Below are positions 1-7,669 of a stretch of 38,319 nucleotides of DNA, piece by piece. The stretch lies in contig DATIOS010000205.1 of NCBI GenBank assembly GCA_035472915.1, positions 1 through 38,319 on the forward strand, given 5' to 3'. Numbering within the stretch: the first letter of the stretch is position 1; each line of letters opens with the position of its first letter. The notes under the pieces are model-generated. The model worked only from the letters and a program-made list of their open reading frames with translations. It did not search any database and had not been told where the DNA came from. The position numbers were made by a program, and so were the translations under genes. Origin of the DNA: Thermoanaerobaculia bacterium. Its GTDB lineage: Bacteria; Acidobacteriota; Thermoanaerobaculia; Multivoradales; UBA5704.

Positions 1-950
1 GCCAGGCCACCGTCACGGTGCAGCGCGTCAACGGCTCCGATGGCGCCGTCGCCGTCGCCTTCAGCGCCACGGCCGGCACGGCGACCGCGGGGCAGGATTT
101 CACGCCCACCAGCGGCACCCTCAACTGGGCCAACGGCGACACCGGCAGCAAGACCTTCAAGGTCACCATCGCCAACGACACGATCCAGGAGCCCAACGAG
201 ACGGTTCTCCTCGCCCTTGCCAGCCCCACGGGTGGCGCGACCCTGGACGACACCCAGAAAACCGCCACCCTGACGATCCTCGACAACGACGGTCCGCCGC
301 CGAGCACGCCGCCGGCCGCGCCCACCAACTTGACGGCCGCGGCGCAGTCGCCCAGCGAGATCGACCTCGCCTGGACGGACAACGCCGGCAACGAGACGGG
401 CTTCACCATCGAGAGCAGGAGCCCGGCCGGCACCTATCAGGAGCTCGGCACCGTGGCCGCCAACGTCACCGCCTTCGCGGCGAACGGCCTCGACACGGCC
501 AAGCTCTACTTCTTCCGCGTTCGGGCGACAGGCGGCGGCAGCACCTTCTCCGCCTATTCCAATGAGGCCGGCGAAGCGACCGACGCGGTGCCGGGACCCT
601 GCGTGGCCGGGCCCACCACCCTGTGCATCGGCAACCGGTTCAAGGCTGAAGTTGGCTGGCGCACCGCGGCAGACACCGGCCTGGGCCAAGCCGTGCCCCT
701 GGCCTCGGCTCCCAACTCGGGGCTGTTCTACTTCTTCGGCGCCGACAACATCGAGATGCTGATCAAAGTGCTCAACGCCTGCGTGCCGCCTTTCAACCAC
801 TTCTGGGTATTTTTCGCCGCCACCACCAACGTCGAATTCACCACGACCGTGACGGACACCCAGTCCGGCAAGGTCAAGGTCTACTTCAACCCGCTCAACA
901 CGAGCGCTCCACCGGTGCAGGATGTCAACGCCTTTGCGACGTGCCCTTGA
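1..950 (+). CDS. Secreted Calx-beta + fibronectin type III domain protein (5' end outside window)
   Basis: The frame is open from the window edge. GQDFTPTSGTLNWANGDTGSKTFKVTIANDTIQEPNETVLLAL fits the Calx-beta signature. PAAPTNLTA..SPSEIDLAWTDNAGNETGFTIESR is FN3-like. A Cys-containing C-terminal domain follows, and the stop is TGA at 948-950. Confidence 0.8.
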   Translation, partial: QATVTVQRVNGSDGAVAVAFSATAGTATAGQDFTPTSGTLNWANGDTGSKTFKVTIANDTIQEPNETVLLALASPTGGATLDDTQKTATLTILDNDGPPPSTPPAAPTNLTAAAQSPSEIDLAWTDNAGNETGFTIESRSPAGTYQELGTVAANVTAFAANGLDTAKLYFFRVRATGGGSTFSAYSNEAGEATDAVPGPCVAGPTTLCIGNRFKAEVGWRTAADTGLGQAVPLASAPNSGLFYFFGADNIEMLIKVLNACVPPFNHFWVFFAATTNVEFTTTVTDTQSGKVKVYFNPLNTSAPPVQDVNAFATCP

Positions 951-1368
951 AGCAGCGGCTCTGGGACTGCTGATGTCGATCGTCCTCACCGGCTGCGGCA
1001 CGGTGAAGTCGCCCACCGAGCCGGCTGCTTCCTCGGGAGGCGTGGCCTTCACCTTCTCCCAGATTCAGCGGGAGATCTTCACGCCCACCTGCGCCAAATC
1101 GGGATGCCATAACGCCTCCACGGCGCAGGAAGGCCTGATCCTCGAAGCGGGCCGCAGCTACAGCCTGCTGGTGCGCCATCCCGCCACGGAGCAGGGCCTC
1201 AACCGGGTGGAGCCGGGGAGCCCCGAAACCAGCTACCTCATCTTGAAGCTGCGCGGCGACCCGTCGATCACCGGGGTGCGCATGCCCGAGGACGGCCCGC
1301 CCTATCTCACCGCTGAGCAGATCGACGGCATCGCCGGTTGGATTCGCGCCGGCGCGCCCAACAATTGA
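922..1368 (+). CDS. Lipoprotein with planctomycete-cytochrome-c-like (PSCyt1-like) domain, non-canonical C-x4-CH motif
   Basis: ATG 922 overlaps the upstream gene by 29 nt. MSTPLRRALEAAALGLLMSIVLTGC is a lipoprotein signal peptide with an LTGC lipobox. FTPTCAKSGCHN ... SYLILKL ... MPEDGPPYLTAEQIDGIAGWIRAGA resembles the PSCyt1-type domain. Confidence 0.6.
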   Translation: MSTPLRRALEAAALGLLMSIVLTGCGTVKSPTEPAASSGGVAFTFSQIQREIFTPTCAKSGCHNASTAQEGLILEAGRSYSLLVRHPATEQGLNRVEPGSPETSYLILKLRGDPSITGVRMPEDGPPYLTAEQIDGIAGWIRAGAPNN

Positions 1369-1389
1369 GAAAGAACTGAGGCAGCTAAC

Positions 1390-2211
1390 TTGCAAATCAA
1401 TTCTCCCGTGGCCCGCCTGCTCCTCCTGAGCGTTCTCCTCGCGGCAATTCCTGCCGGGGCACAGGAAGATCTCCTGGGCGGACCTTACGACCCTATTCGC
1501 CGTGACCCGCTGGGCACACGGCTGGTGAACAACTCAACCCCCTATCCGGTGGGAGCGCACAAGCTCGAAGTGCTGTTCACCCACCGTTTCCAGGAGTCGG
1601 TCCAGAACGGCGACTCCCACGACCTCTGGGGCTTGGACAGCGGTTCGGACGTTGGTATCGGGATCGGCGTGGGCCTTACTCGCAAGCTCGACCTCTCGGT
1701 GTTCCGCGCCTCCCTCCAGGAAGACTTCGAAATCGCCAGCAAGCTCCTGCTTTTCGAACAGGCTCCACTGGTGCCCGCCACCGTAGCACTACGTGCGGGT
1801 GCCGACCTCCTTAGGCGGCCCGGAGTCCAAGATCCGGGTCGCCCCTTTTTTCAAGTTCTCCTGGCGCGCCAGATCGTCCGGGGCGTCAACATCCTTCTGT
1901 CACCTTCCTGGGTGAGGGACACGCCGCAACTCAGAAACGCCTTCAACGTCCCCATTGGCCTCACCTTCCCGCTGCCCCGCGACTACCTGGTGGAGGTGGA
2001 AGCGATCCCCCGCAACCACAGTCTCGACGCCAGCCGCACGACGTGGCACGCCGCCCTTTCGAAGCAGGTCGGAGGACACATTTTCAAGATCGTCCTCGGC
2101 AACTCGCGAGCCACCACCGTGGACCAGATGTTGGGCGGCGACTCGGCCGCGGCCTTCCAGACACGGGACGTCCGGCTCGGCTTCAATCTCGTCCGCTACT
2201 TCGGTATCTGA
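1390..2211 (+). CDS. Secreted/outer-membrane DUF5777-like beta-barrel protein
   Basis: TTG start with GAGG about 9 nt upstream, and signal peptide LLLLSVLLAAIPAGAQE. FTHRFQESV..GDSHDLWGLDSGSDVGIGIGVGLTRKLDLSVFR...FEIASKLLLFEQ matches my recollection of the DUF5777 pattern (HRF..G..LfGLD..a.v.ig..yg). Ends in an aromatic residue-rich C-terminus (LVRYFGI). Confidence 0.6.
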   Translation: MQINSPVARLLLLSVLLAAIPAGAQEDLLGGPYDPIRRDPLGTRLVNNSTPYPVGAHKLEVLFTHRFQESVQNGDSHDLWGLDSGSDVGIGIGVGLTRKLDLSVFRASLQEDFEIASKLLLFEQAPLVPATVALRAGADLLRRPGVQDPGRPFFQVLLARQIVRGVNILLSPSWVRDTPQLRNAFNVPIGLTFPLPRDYLVEVEAIPRNHSLDASRTTWHAALSKQVGGHIFKIVLGNSRATTVDQMLGGDSAAAFQTRDVRLGFNLVRYFGI

Positions 2212-2289
2212 CGGCATCAGGTGGAATAAGAAATGCAGTAGAGCTTTGACTGGGAATAGCAGCTGCATGTACATCGGAGGAGATCGACC

Positions 2290-2697
2290 ATGCGCAAATC
2301 TCAGCTCTCAGCCGTCGCCGTCCTGATCTTGTTGGCCGCCGCCACAGCGGTCGCCTGGGCCGCCAGGCCCCGGGCCTCCGTAGCCAGGTTCACCCCGCCC
2401 CCCGAGCCAGGCCTCATTTTTACGGTGATCAACTACAGCCGCGCCGGCGGCACGGCGCAGCACACCCTGGTGTCGGTGAGCTGGGGCGACTTTCACAACA
2501 ACATCATCGTTCCTCCTCCCTATCTGAGCAATCCCTGCTCCACCTCGACGCCCGCCGGCTTCGTCTTACGCATCCGCAACAACCAGGGGCTCTCGACGCC
2601 GCTGATGCTCACCACCAACGGCACGATCGTCCGCGGTCCCTTCCAGGGAGACGTTCCGATGGAATTGCTGCATGCTTGCTACAGGCTGGTGAAGTAA
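2290..2697 (+). CDS. Secreted hypothetical protein
   Basis: ATG preceded by GGAGGAG. The N-terminal signal peptide is AVAVLILLAAATAVAWA. I recognised no family. Confidence 0.55.
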   Translation: MRKSQLSAVAVLILLAAATAVAWAARPRASVARFTPPPEPGLIFTVINYSRAGGTAQHTLVSVSWGDFHNNIIVPPPYLSNPCSTSTPAGFVLRIRNNQGLSTPLMLTTNGTIVRGPFQGDVPMELLHACYRLVK

Positions 2698-2773
2698 GGG
2701 GCGGCGACGCGCTCTGCGGGAGCTCCTTGACAGGGCCGCAGAGAGCCAGTAGCGTGCAGACAAGGTAATCTTC

Positions 2774-3517
2774 ATGGGGAACCGGGCAGCAGCCGAACGC
2801 GTCGTCATTGTCCCCAGCGAGATCGCGCCCGGCAGGGAAGATGTCCGGATCCCTGCCGCAGCCCACACTCTGGTTGGATTTCGCCCCTGGGCCCATTCGG
2901 ACCGTTTCCCCGAGATCGGACGGATCGATTACCTCGGAGGAAATGTAGAGCTCGACATGAGCCCGGAAGATCTCCACACCCATGGCACGCTCAAGGCGGC
3001 GCTGGCCGCCGAGCTGTTCTCGCTGATCGCGAAGACGGGCTGCGGATACGTGTTCATCGACCGGACGCGCGTGACGGCGCCGGAGGCGGAGCTGTCCGTC
3101 GAGCCTGACCTGGTCGTGGTCCTATTCTCGTCTCTCGACTCAGGCCGCTTACGCCAGGTTCCCTCATCTCGGAATCTGCCTGGACGGTTCATCGAGCTCG
3201 AGGGCGCGCCCGACCTGGTGGTCGAGATCCTGAGCGACACCTCGGAAGCCAAGGACACGAAGCGCCTGCCCCCGCGCTACGCCCAGGCCGGAGTTCCCGA
3301 GCTCTGGTTGTTGGACGCCCGCGGAGATCGGCTGCGCTTCGAGCTGAGGATCCTGGACAACGGCGAATACCGCCTGGCCCGGCCGGATCGGGCGAATTGG
3401 GTTCAGTCCCCACTCCTCAATGGGAGGGTGCGGCTGAGCCGCCGTCCCGCTCACCAGTCTGGTTGGCTCTACGAGCTCGAGCGTGAATCGAACGTAGAGT
3501 CCGAAAAGGCGCACTGA
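2774..3517 (+). CDS. Uma2 family (DUF820) PD-(D/E)xK endonuclease
   Basis: EPDLVVV ... PDLVVEILSDTSEAKDTKRLPPRYAQAGVPELWLLD is the characteristic Uma2 core (D...E.lS....D...K...Y...Gv.EyW.vD). Confidence 0.8.
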   Translation: MGNRAAAERVVIVPSEIAPGREDVRIPAAAHTLVGFRPWAHSDRFPEIGRIDYLGGNVELDMSPEDLHTHGTLKAALAAELFSLIAKTGCGYVFIDRTRVTAPEAELSVEPDLVVVLFSSLDSGRLRQVPSSRNLPGRFIELEGAPDLVVEILSDTSEAKDTKRLPPRYAQAGVPELWLLDARGDRLRFELRILDNGEYRLARPDRANWVQSPLLNGRVRLSRRPAHQSGWLYELERESNVESEKAH

Positions 3518-3660
3518 TGCCTCCTGAAATTCACCTCATCCGCCTCTCGGCCGAAGATCAGCGTCGTTTCGTCGAGCTGATGCTTGACCCACCCGCGCCG
3601 GCCCCTGCGCTGGAGCGCGCGAAACGCGCCCACGCTCGACTGATCCGCGAATCGCGGTGA
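3517..3660 (+). pseudogene. TacA/DUF1778-like antitoxin, C-terminal half only (47 codons)
   Basis: The ATG overlaps the Uma2 stop (TGATG). MPPEIHLIRLSAEDQRRFVELMLDPPAPAPALERAKRAHARLIRESR aligns by eye with the C-terminal half of TacA-type antitoxins (..F.l..e.y..F..lLD.P....p..e.ll). The N-terminal RHH half and a downstream GNAT toxin are both absent. Confidence 0.35.
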
Positions 3661-3825
3661 TCCGTCTCGTTCTTCCGCTGCTCGCATCCGTGTCCTGCTC
3701 GCTTCACCATTCATCCTCTGAGTTGACGCAGGTGCTAGCCTGCCCTAATATACCTATAGCCAGCCCAAACTCTCAACCTCAGAATGGGATAGGAAAATAA
3801 ACCTTCCGGAGATCGCCACTTAGCT

Positions 3826-4929
3826 ATGCTGCGCCGAGTAACCCTCAACGGCTTTAAGTCAATCAAGGCGATGAACCTCGAGCTGCGCCCTTTGAACGTC
3901 CTGATAGGTGCGAATGGGGCCGGCAAGAGCAACCTTGTCTCGTTCTTTAAGATGCTCAACGAGATGATGGCAGGGCGGCTTCAGCAGTTCATTGGGACGA
4001 CGGGACGGGCGCAGTCTCTTCTGCATTTCGGGCCCAAGATGACAGCGCAGATGGAGGCTCAGCTTGAGTTCAAAGTGGAAAACGGCGTTGATACCTATGT
4101 CATGCGACTGTTTCACGCGGCGGGGGATACCTTGGTTTTTGCAGACGAGACCCTGAGTTTCCTTCAGACCAATTTCACGAAGCCAAAGTCGGTTAGTTTG
4201 GGATCGGGACATGAAGAAACCCGAATCGGTCACGAGATCGGTAAGGGGGAGAAAATGGCTAAGGTATTTCGCCACCTGCTCAATCATTGCCGCGTGTACC
4301 ATTTCCACGACACGTCGCCAAGCGCCCGAGTTCGACAATATTGTTATCTTGGCGACAATCGCTGGCTGATGCACGATGCCGGTAACTTGGCCGCGTTCCT
4401 GCTGCGCCTCCGCGAAGACAACGGCGAGACAGTTTACAATCGCATCGTCACTACCATTCGCCTTATCGCACCCTTCTTCGAAGACTTCGTTCTGGAGCCA
4501 GCCGGACCCAACAAAAAGGAAGTAATTCTGAACTGGAGTGACAAAGGATCGGATCAAGTCTTCGGTCCACACCAGCTTTCTGACGGTACGCTGCGAGCCA
4601 TGTGCCTAGTGACATTGCTCTTACAACCAGAAGATGAGCTGCCGGAGCTCATCGTCGTTGACGAGCCAGAGCTAGGGCTGCATCCGTATGCTCTCAATGT
4701 GGTCGCGGCATTGTTCAAGAAGGTATCGCACCACACACAAGTGCTCATAAGTACTCAGTCGAGCTCCTTCCTTGACAACTTTGATCCTGAAGATATCGTA
4801 ACAGTGAATCGGGAAGGCAACGAATCGAAGCTCACGCGACCAGATACCGAAAAATTGGAGGCGTGGCTCGACGAATACAGCCTTGGCGAAGTCTGGGAGA
4901 AGAATGTCATCGGTGGGGGCCCGCATTAA
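3826..4929 (+). CDS. ABC/SMC-type AAA ATPase (AAA_21/AAA_15-like)
   Basis: N-terminus LNGFKSIKAMNLELRPLNVLIGANGAGKSNL contains Walker A. LSDGTLRAM is signature-like, LIVVDEPELGLHP is Walker B, and VLISTQS is H-loop-like. Local G+C is clearly lower than in the flanks. Confidence 0.85.
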   Translation: MLRRVTLNGFKSIKAMNLELRPLNVLIGANGAGKSNLVSFFKMLNEMMAGRLQQFIGTTGRAQSLLHFGPKMTAQMEAQLEFKVENGVDTYVMRLFHAAGDTLVFADETLSFLQTNFTKPKSVSLGSGHEETRIGHEIGKGEKMAKVFRHLLNHCRVYHFHDTSPSARVRQYCYLGDNRWLMHDAGNLAAFLLRLREDNGETVYNRIVTTIRLIAPFFEDFVLEPAGPNKKEVILNWSDKGSDQVFGPHQLSDGTLRAMCLVTLLLQPEDELPELIVVDEPELGLHPYALNVVAALFKKVSHHTQVLISTQSSSFLDNFDPEDIVTVNREGNESKLTRPDTEKLEAWLDEYSLGEVWEKNVIGGGPH

Positions 4930-5622
4930 GTGCCCCGCCTTTACCTGTTCGCTGAAGGATCGACCGAGCTTACTTTCGCCGATAATTTGCTCAAACCGTA
5001 CCTTGCCAATTTGGGAATCTACCTACAACCTCCGGTTCTCATCGCCCACGCTAAGAAAAAGGGAAGAGTCCATCGAGGGGGAGGACGCAAATACGCGCCG
5101 ATGAAGAATGACATTCTACGCTTCCTTGCGCAAGAAAAAGGTAGGGACGTATTCTTTACGACAATGATCGACCTGTATGCCATCCATCCTGAGTTTCCTG
5201 GGCTGGCAGATGCCGATAAGCTGCGCCACATGCCAGGCAAACGGGTCGAAGTCCTTGAGCAAGCGTTCGCCAAAGACATCGGCGATGTCCGGTTCGTGCC
5301 ATACATCCAGTTGCATGAGTACGAGGCTTATCTTTTTTCTGATCCGACGTGGTTCAGATACTTCTACGACCATTCTGAGAAGCAAATTGCTGCACTCAAC
5401 GCTATCGCAAATAGGCACGACACACCTGAGTTAATCGACGACGGACCGCACTCGGCCCCGAGCAAAAGGATTATCGCCGAGCTTCCCGACTACGAGGGCG
5501 CAAAGGCGGCTGTTGGACCACAGGTGGCGGAGCTGATTGGTCTAAAGGTAATCCGGAATAGATGCCCTCACTTCGCCGCATGGATGTCACAGCTCGAGAA
5601 ACTTGGAGACTCCGCAAAATAG
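4930..5622 (+). CDS. DUF4276 family protein (putative Toprim-like partner of the ATPase)
   Basis: GTG 4930 directly follows the ATPase stop (TAA 4927-4929). The N-terminus MPRLYLFAEGSTELTFADNLLKPYL and the length of about 230 aa fit DUF4276 as I remember it (M..l.ilvEG.tE..fv). It shares the low-GC block with the ATPase. Confidence 0.8.
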   Translation: MPRLYLFAEGSTELTFADNLLKPYLANLGIYLQPPVLIAHAKKKGRVHRGGGRKYAPMKNDILRFLAQEKGRDVFFTTMIDLYAIHPEFPGLADADKLRHMPGKRVEVLEQAFAKDIGDVRFVPYIQLHEYEAYLFSDPTWFRYFYDHSEKQIAALNAIANRHDTPELIDDGPHSAPSKRIIAELPDYEGAKAAVGPQVAELIGLKVIRNRCPHFAAWMSQLEKLGDSAK

Positions 5623-5699
5623 GAGGCGGGCGGCAGCGACCCGCGGACACGGCGCGAGTTTGTGGGGCAGCTCCTTGACTATGCAGCTCATTCTGTCCT

Positions 5700-5900
5700 T
5701 TATTGGACCGAGGAGACAATCCGCTCACGTTTTCGAGGAAGGACGCTGAGGACGTCCGCCTCGGGGGGACCGAAGCTCCTGGTTCGGGTAGAACGTACGA
5801 GGCCTTCCAGCGACGTAGCCGTCTGGACCGCCCGGACGGCCTCGTCGATCAGGGCGTCCCGATCCAGATCCTCGACGTCGAACGACAGCCGCTCGTCCAT
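5700..5900 (-). CDS. Small acidic hypothetical protein (66 aa), possibly a gene remnant
   Basis: Internal ATG at 5900 with GGGAGAAAG upstream. MDERLSFDVEDLDRDALIDEAVRAVQTATSLEGL looks protein-like, but the C-terminal third is R/S-rich. It is antisense to another remnant-like frame (..REFVGQLLDYAAHSVLYWTEETIRSRF on the + strand). Confidence 0.25.
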   Translation of the reverse strand: MDERLSFDVEDLDRDALIDEAVRAVQTATSLEGLVRSTRTRSFGPPEADVLSVLPRKRERIVSSVQ

Positions 5901-6042
5901 GCTCTTTCTCCCAGGGCTTAAGCGATCCCTGAGGATCGTACCATCAGGACACCATGGCCAAGGTTTCGGGTAAGCGAGGCGCCTGGAACCGCGATCCATT
6001 TCATGTACCATTTCCCATGGCGTCGGCGTGGCGGGAGAGACC

Positions 6043-6798
6043 ATGAATCGAAGAGAGCTCATCAAGTCCGTCCTGGGCAGCCTTGCGTCCTACTCCCTGC
6101 TGGAGACGCTCTTCACCCGCGACGCCTTCTGCTCGCCGGTCAAGCCGGTCACCGATCGTTGGGTGAGAGACCTCAACGACATGAGCCGGGACTTGAAAAC
6201 CGGCCGCATCGCCCCAGCGGTCTGGCAGGCGAAGGTCAAGGACCTTTACGACCGGATTGAGCTCCCCGAGCTGCTGGCCGCCATCGATTTCGACAGGCTG
6301 AGCGCCCGCTTCGACTACCCGGATCTCGGCGTGAGCACCCGGCCGGTCGAGTTCCCACGACTCGACGGCATTCCGCGGGACATCGTCTTCGTCCGTAAGA
6401 TCTTCGGTATGAAGAAGGACCGGGCCATCATCCCCCACGGGCACAAGAACATGACCTCGTGCCACTACGTCCTCAAAGGCGAATTCCAACTGAAGCAGTA
6501 CGACAAGGTGGAAGAGGACACTACGCACATGGTCATCGAGCCCACGATCCACGAGATCGCCCGGGTTGGCAGCCACTCCTCAATCTCGGACGAGAAGGAC
6601 AACATCCACTGGCTGCGCGCGACGACGGCGACCGCCTTCACCTTCGATGCCATCGTCCTGGACCTGAAAGGCCGGAAGGCGGACGTCGAGAACATCGATC
6701 CCGACGGCGGCGAGAGGATTTCGGGCGGCCGTCTCCGAGTCCGCAAGCTCTCCGTCGAAGAGGCGCTGCACAAGTACGGACACGATACTCATCATTGA
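6043..6798 (+). CDS. Hypothetical protein with Tat-like signal and cupin-like C-terminal half
   Basis: ATG 6043 is preceded by GGGAGAG. MNRRELIKSVLGSLASYSLL resembles a twin-arginine signal. IIPHGHKNMTSCHYVLKGEFQLKQYD looks like a cupin metal-site strand pair. Confidence 0.6.
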   Translation: MNRRELIKSVLGSLASYSLLETLFTRDAFCSPVKPVTDRWVRDLNDMSRDLKTGRIAPAVWQAKVKDLYDRIELPELLAAIDFDRLSARFDYPDLGVSTRPVEFPRLDGIPRDIVFVRKIFGMKKDRAIIPHGHKNMTSCHYVLKGEFQLKQYDKVEEDTTHMVIEPTIHEIARVGSHSSISDEKDNIHWLRATTATAFTFDAIVLDLKGRKADVENIDPDGGERISGGRLRVRKLSVEEALHKYGHDTHH

Positions 6799-6866
6799 GA
6801 CGCGCCTGGACGGGCACCCTCACGTCGCGGCAACGAGCGCGTACGTCGCGACATAAGGCCCGTCCC

Positions 6867-7336
6867 TTGCAGTAATGAGAGCTCTCTTTACGGCGATTGG
6901 CGTACTCATTGCAGCGTATGACACACCCATTGCAGCAACGAGTACTCTCTTCGCTGCATTGGGTGCATGTTTTGCCGCCTCGTGCAGCCCGTTCACTGCA
7001 ACTAGCACTTCCAATCCGACGCCGAAGCGGTACATTGCAGTAAAATGCCCTCTTTTTGCGGCAGGTTATCGAATTTTTGCTTCATTCAACTGACTATCTA
7101 CCGCAACGAATCGCCACCTCGCAGCATAATCTTCACCTAACGTCGCGTCGGGCCGGTGAGACGTGACGCCGGGCGAGGATTTTCAGCCATCGAACCCTTC
7201 CCGTGCTCGATTGGAAGGATGCATTGCCGCAAAGTACACACCCGAGAAGAGAATGGCCAGGGACGTTGCGGCATTGCGCCCTCACGCCATCCCGTCGAGT
7301 CCACCAATCACCGCGAAGTTCTCTTGTTTGCCGCGA
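6867..7336 (+). repeat. Same-strand array of TTGC[A/C/G]GC-type motifs, including three related 26-nt units
   Basis: TTGCAGTAA 6867, TTGCAGCGT 6909, TTGCAGCAA 6930, TTGCCGCC 6972, TTGCAGTAA 7035, TTGCGGCAG 7056, TTGCCGCAA 7224, TTGCGGCAT 7266, TTGCCGCGA 7328, all on the + strand. The related 26-mers are GCAGTAATGAGAGCTCTCTTTACGGC (6869-6894), GCAGCAACGAGTACTCTCTTCGCTGC (6932-6957) and GCAGTAAAATGCCCTCTTTTTGCGGC (7037-7062). The first two carry internal palindromes (GAGAGCTCTC, GAGTACTC). Confidence 0.5.
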
Positions 7337-7554
7337 CGTGGCGGCTACTCACGGCCCGGCCGAGGGATGGAGACGGTGAAGTTTGAATCTGCCGCGCGCC
7401 GTAATGTGGGCTGTAATCTCTGTGCTCTATTGTTCGCCTTGCTGACCAAGGCCTCATCTCTCCGGTGCGCGCTCCAGCGCGATCTTCTTGTGTCGCTTTG
7501 CCAGCCACCAACCCAGTCTCCCCCCATGTAGGCGACAAGCCCGCATGGATTTAA

Positions 7555-7596
7555 GGAGCGGCGCCTAGGGCGTAGGGGCCGCTCCTCCCTTTTTTC
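7555..7596 (+). terminator. Rho-independent terminator with no convincing upstream gene
   Basis: GGAGCGGC (7555-7562) pairs with GCCGCTCC (7578-7585) and is followed by TCCCTTTTTTCC. Confidence 0.6.
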
Positions 7597-7669
7597 CTCT
7601 CCACCTGATCAAGCTCGTAGATTGGCGCGCGCGTTGCAGAGAGAACTGCGACGACGAAATACACCGCCG

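Noticed and set aside
6875-7093. 72-aa hydrophobic ORF (MRALFTAIGVLIAAY...) in the motif array
   Set aside because: It has no RBS. The apparent I-A-A periodicity is produced by the ATTGCAGCA-type DNA motif itself, and an equally long antisense ORF exists. I treat the region as non-coding pending expression data.
7163-7531. 122-aa ORF ending 24 nt before the 7555 terminator
   Set aside because: Its position relative to the terminator is suggestive. However, the sequence is compositionally odd (Cys/Arg/Pro rich), has no RBS at either candidate start, and overlaps two other frames of similar length. The terminator is reported as orphan instead.
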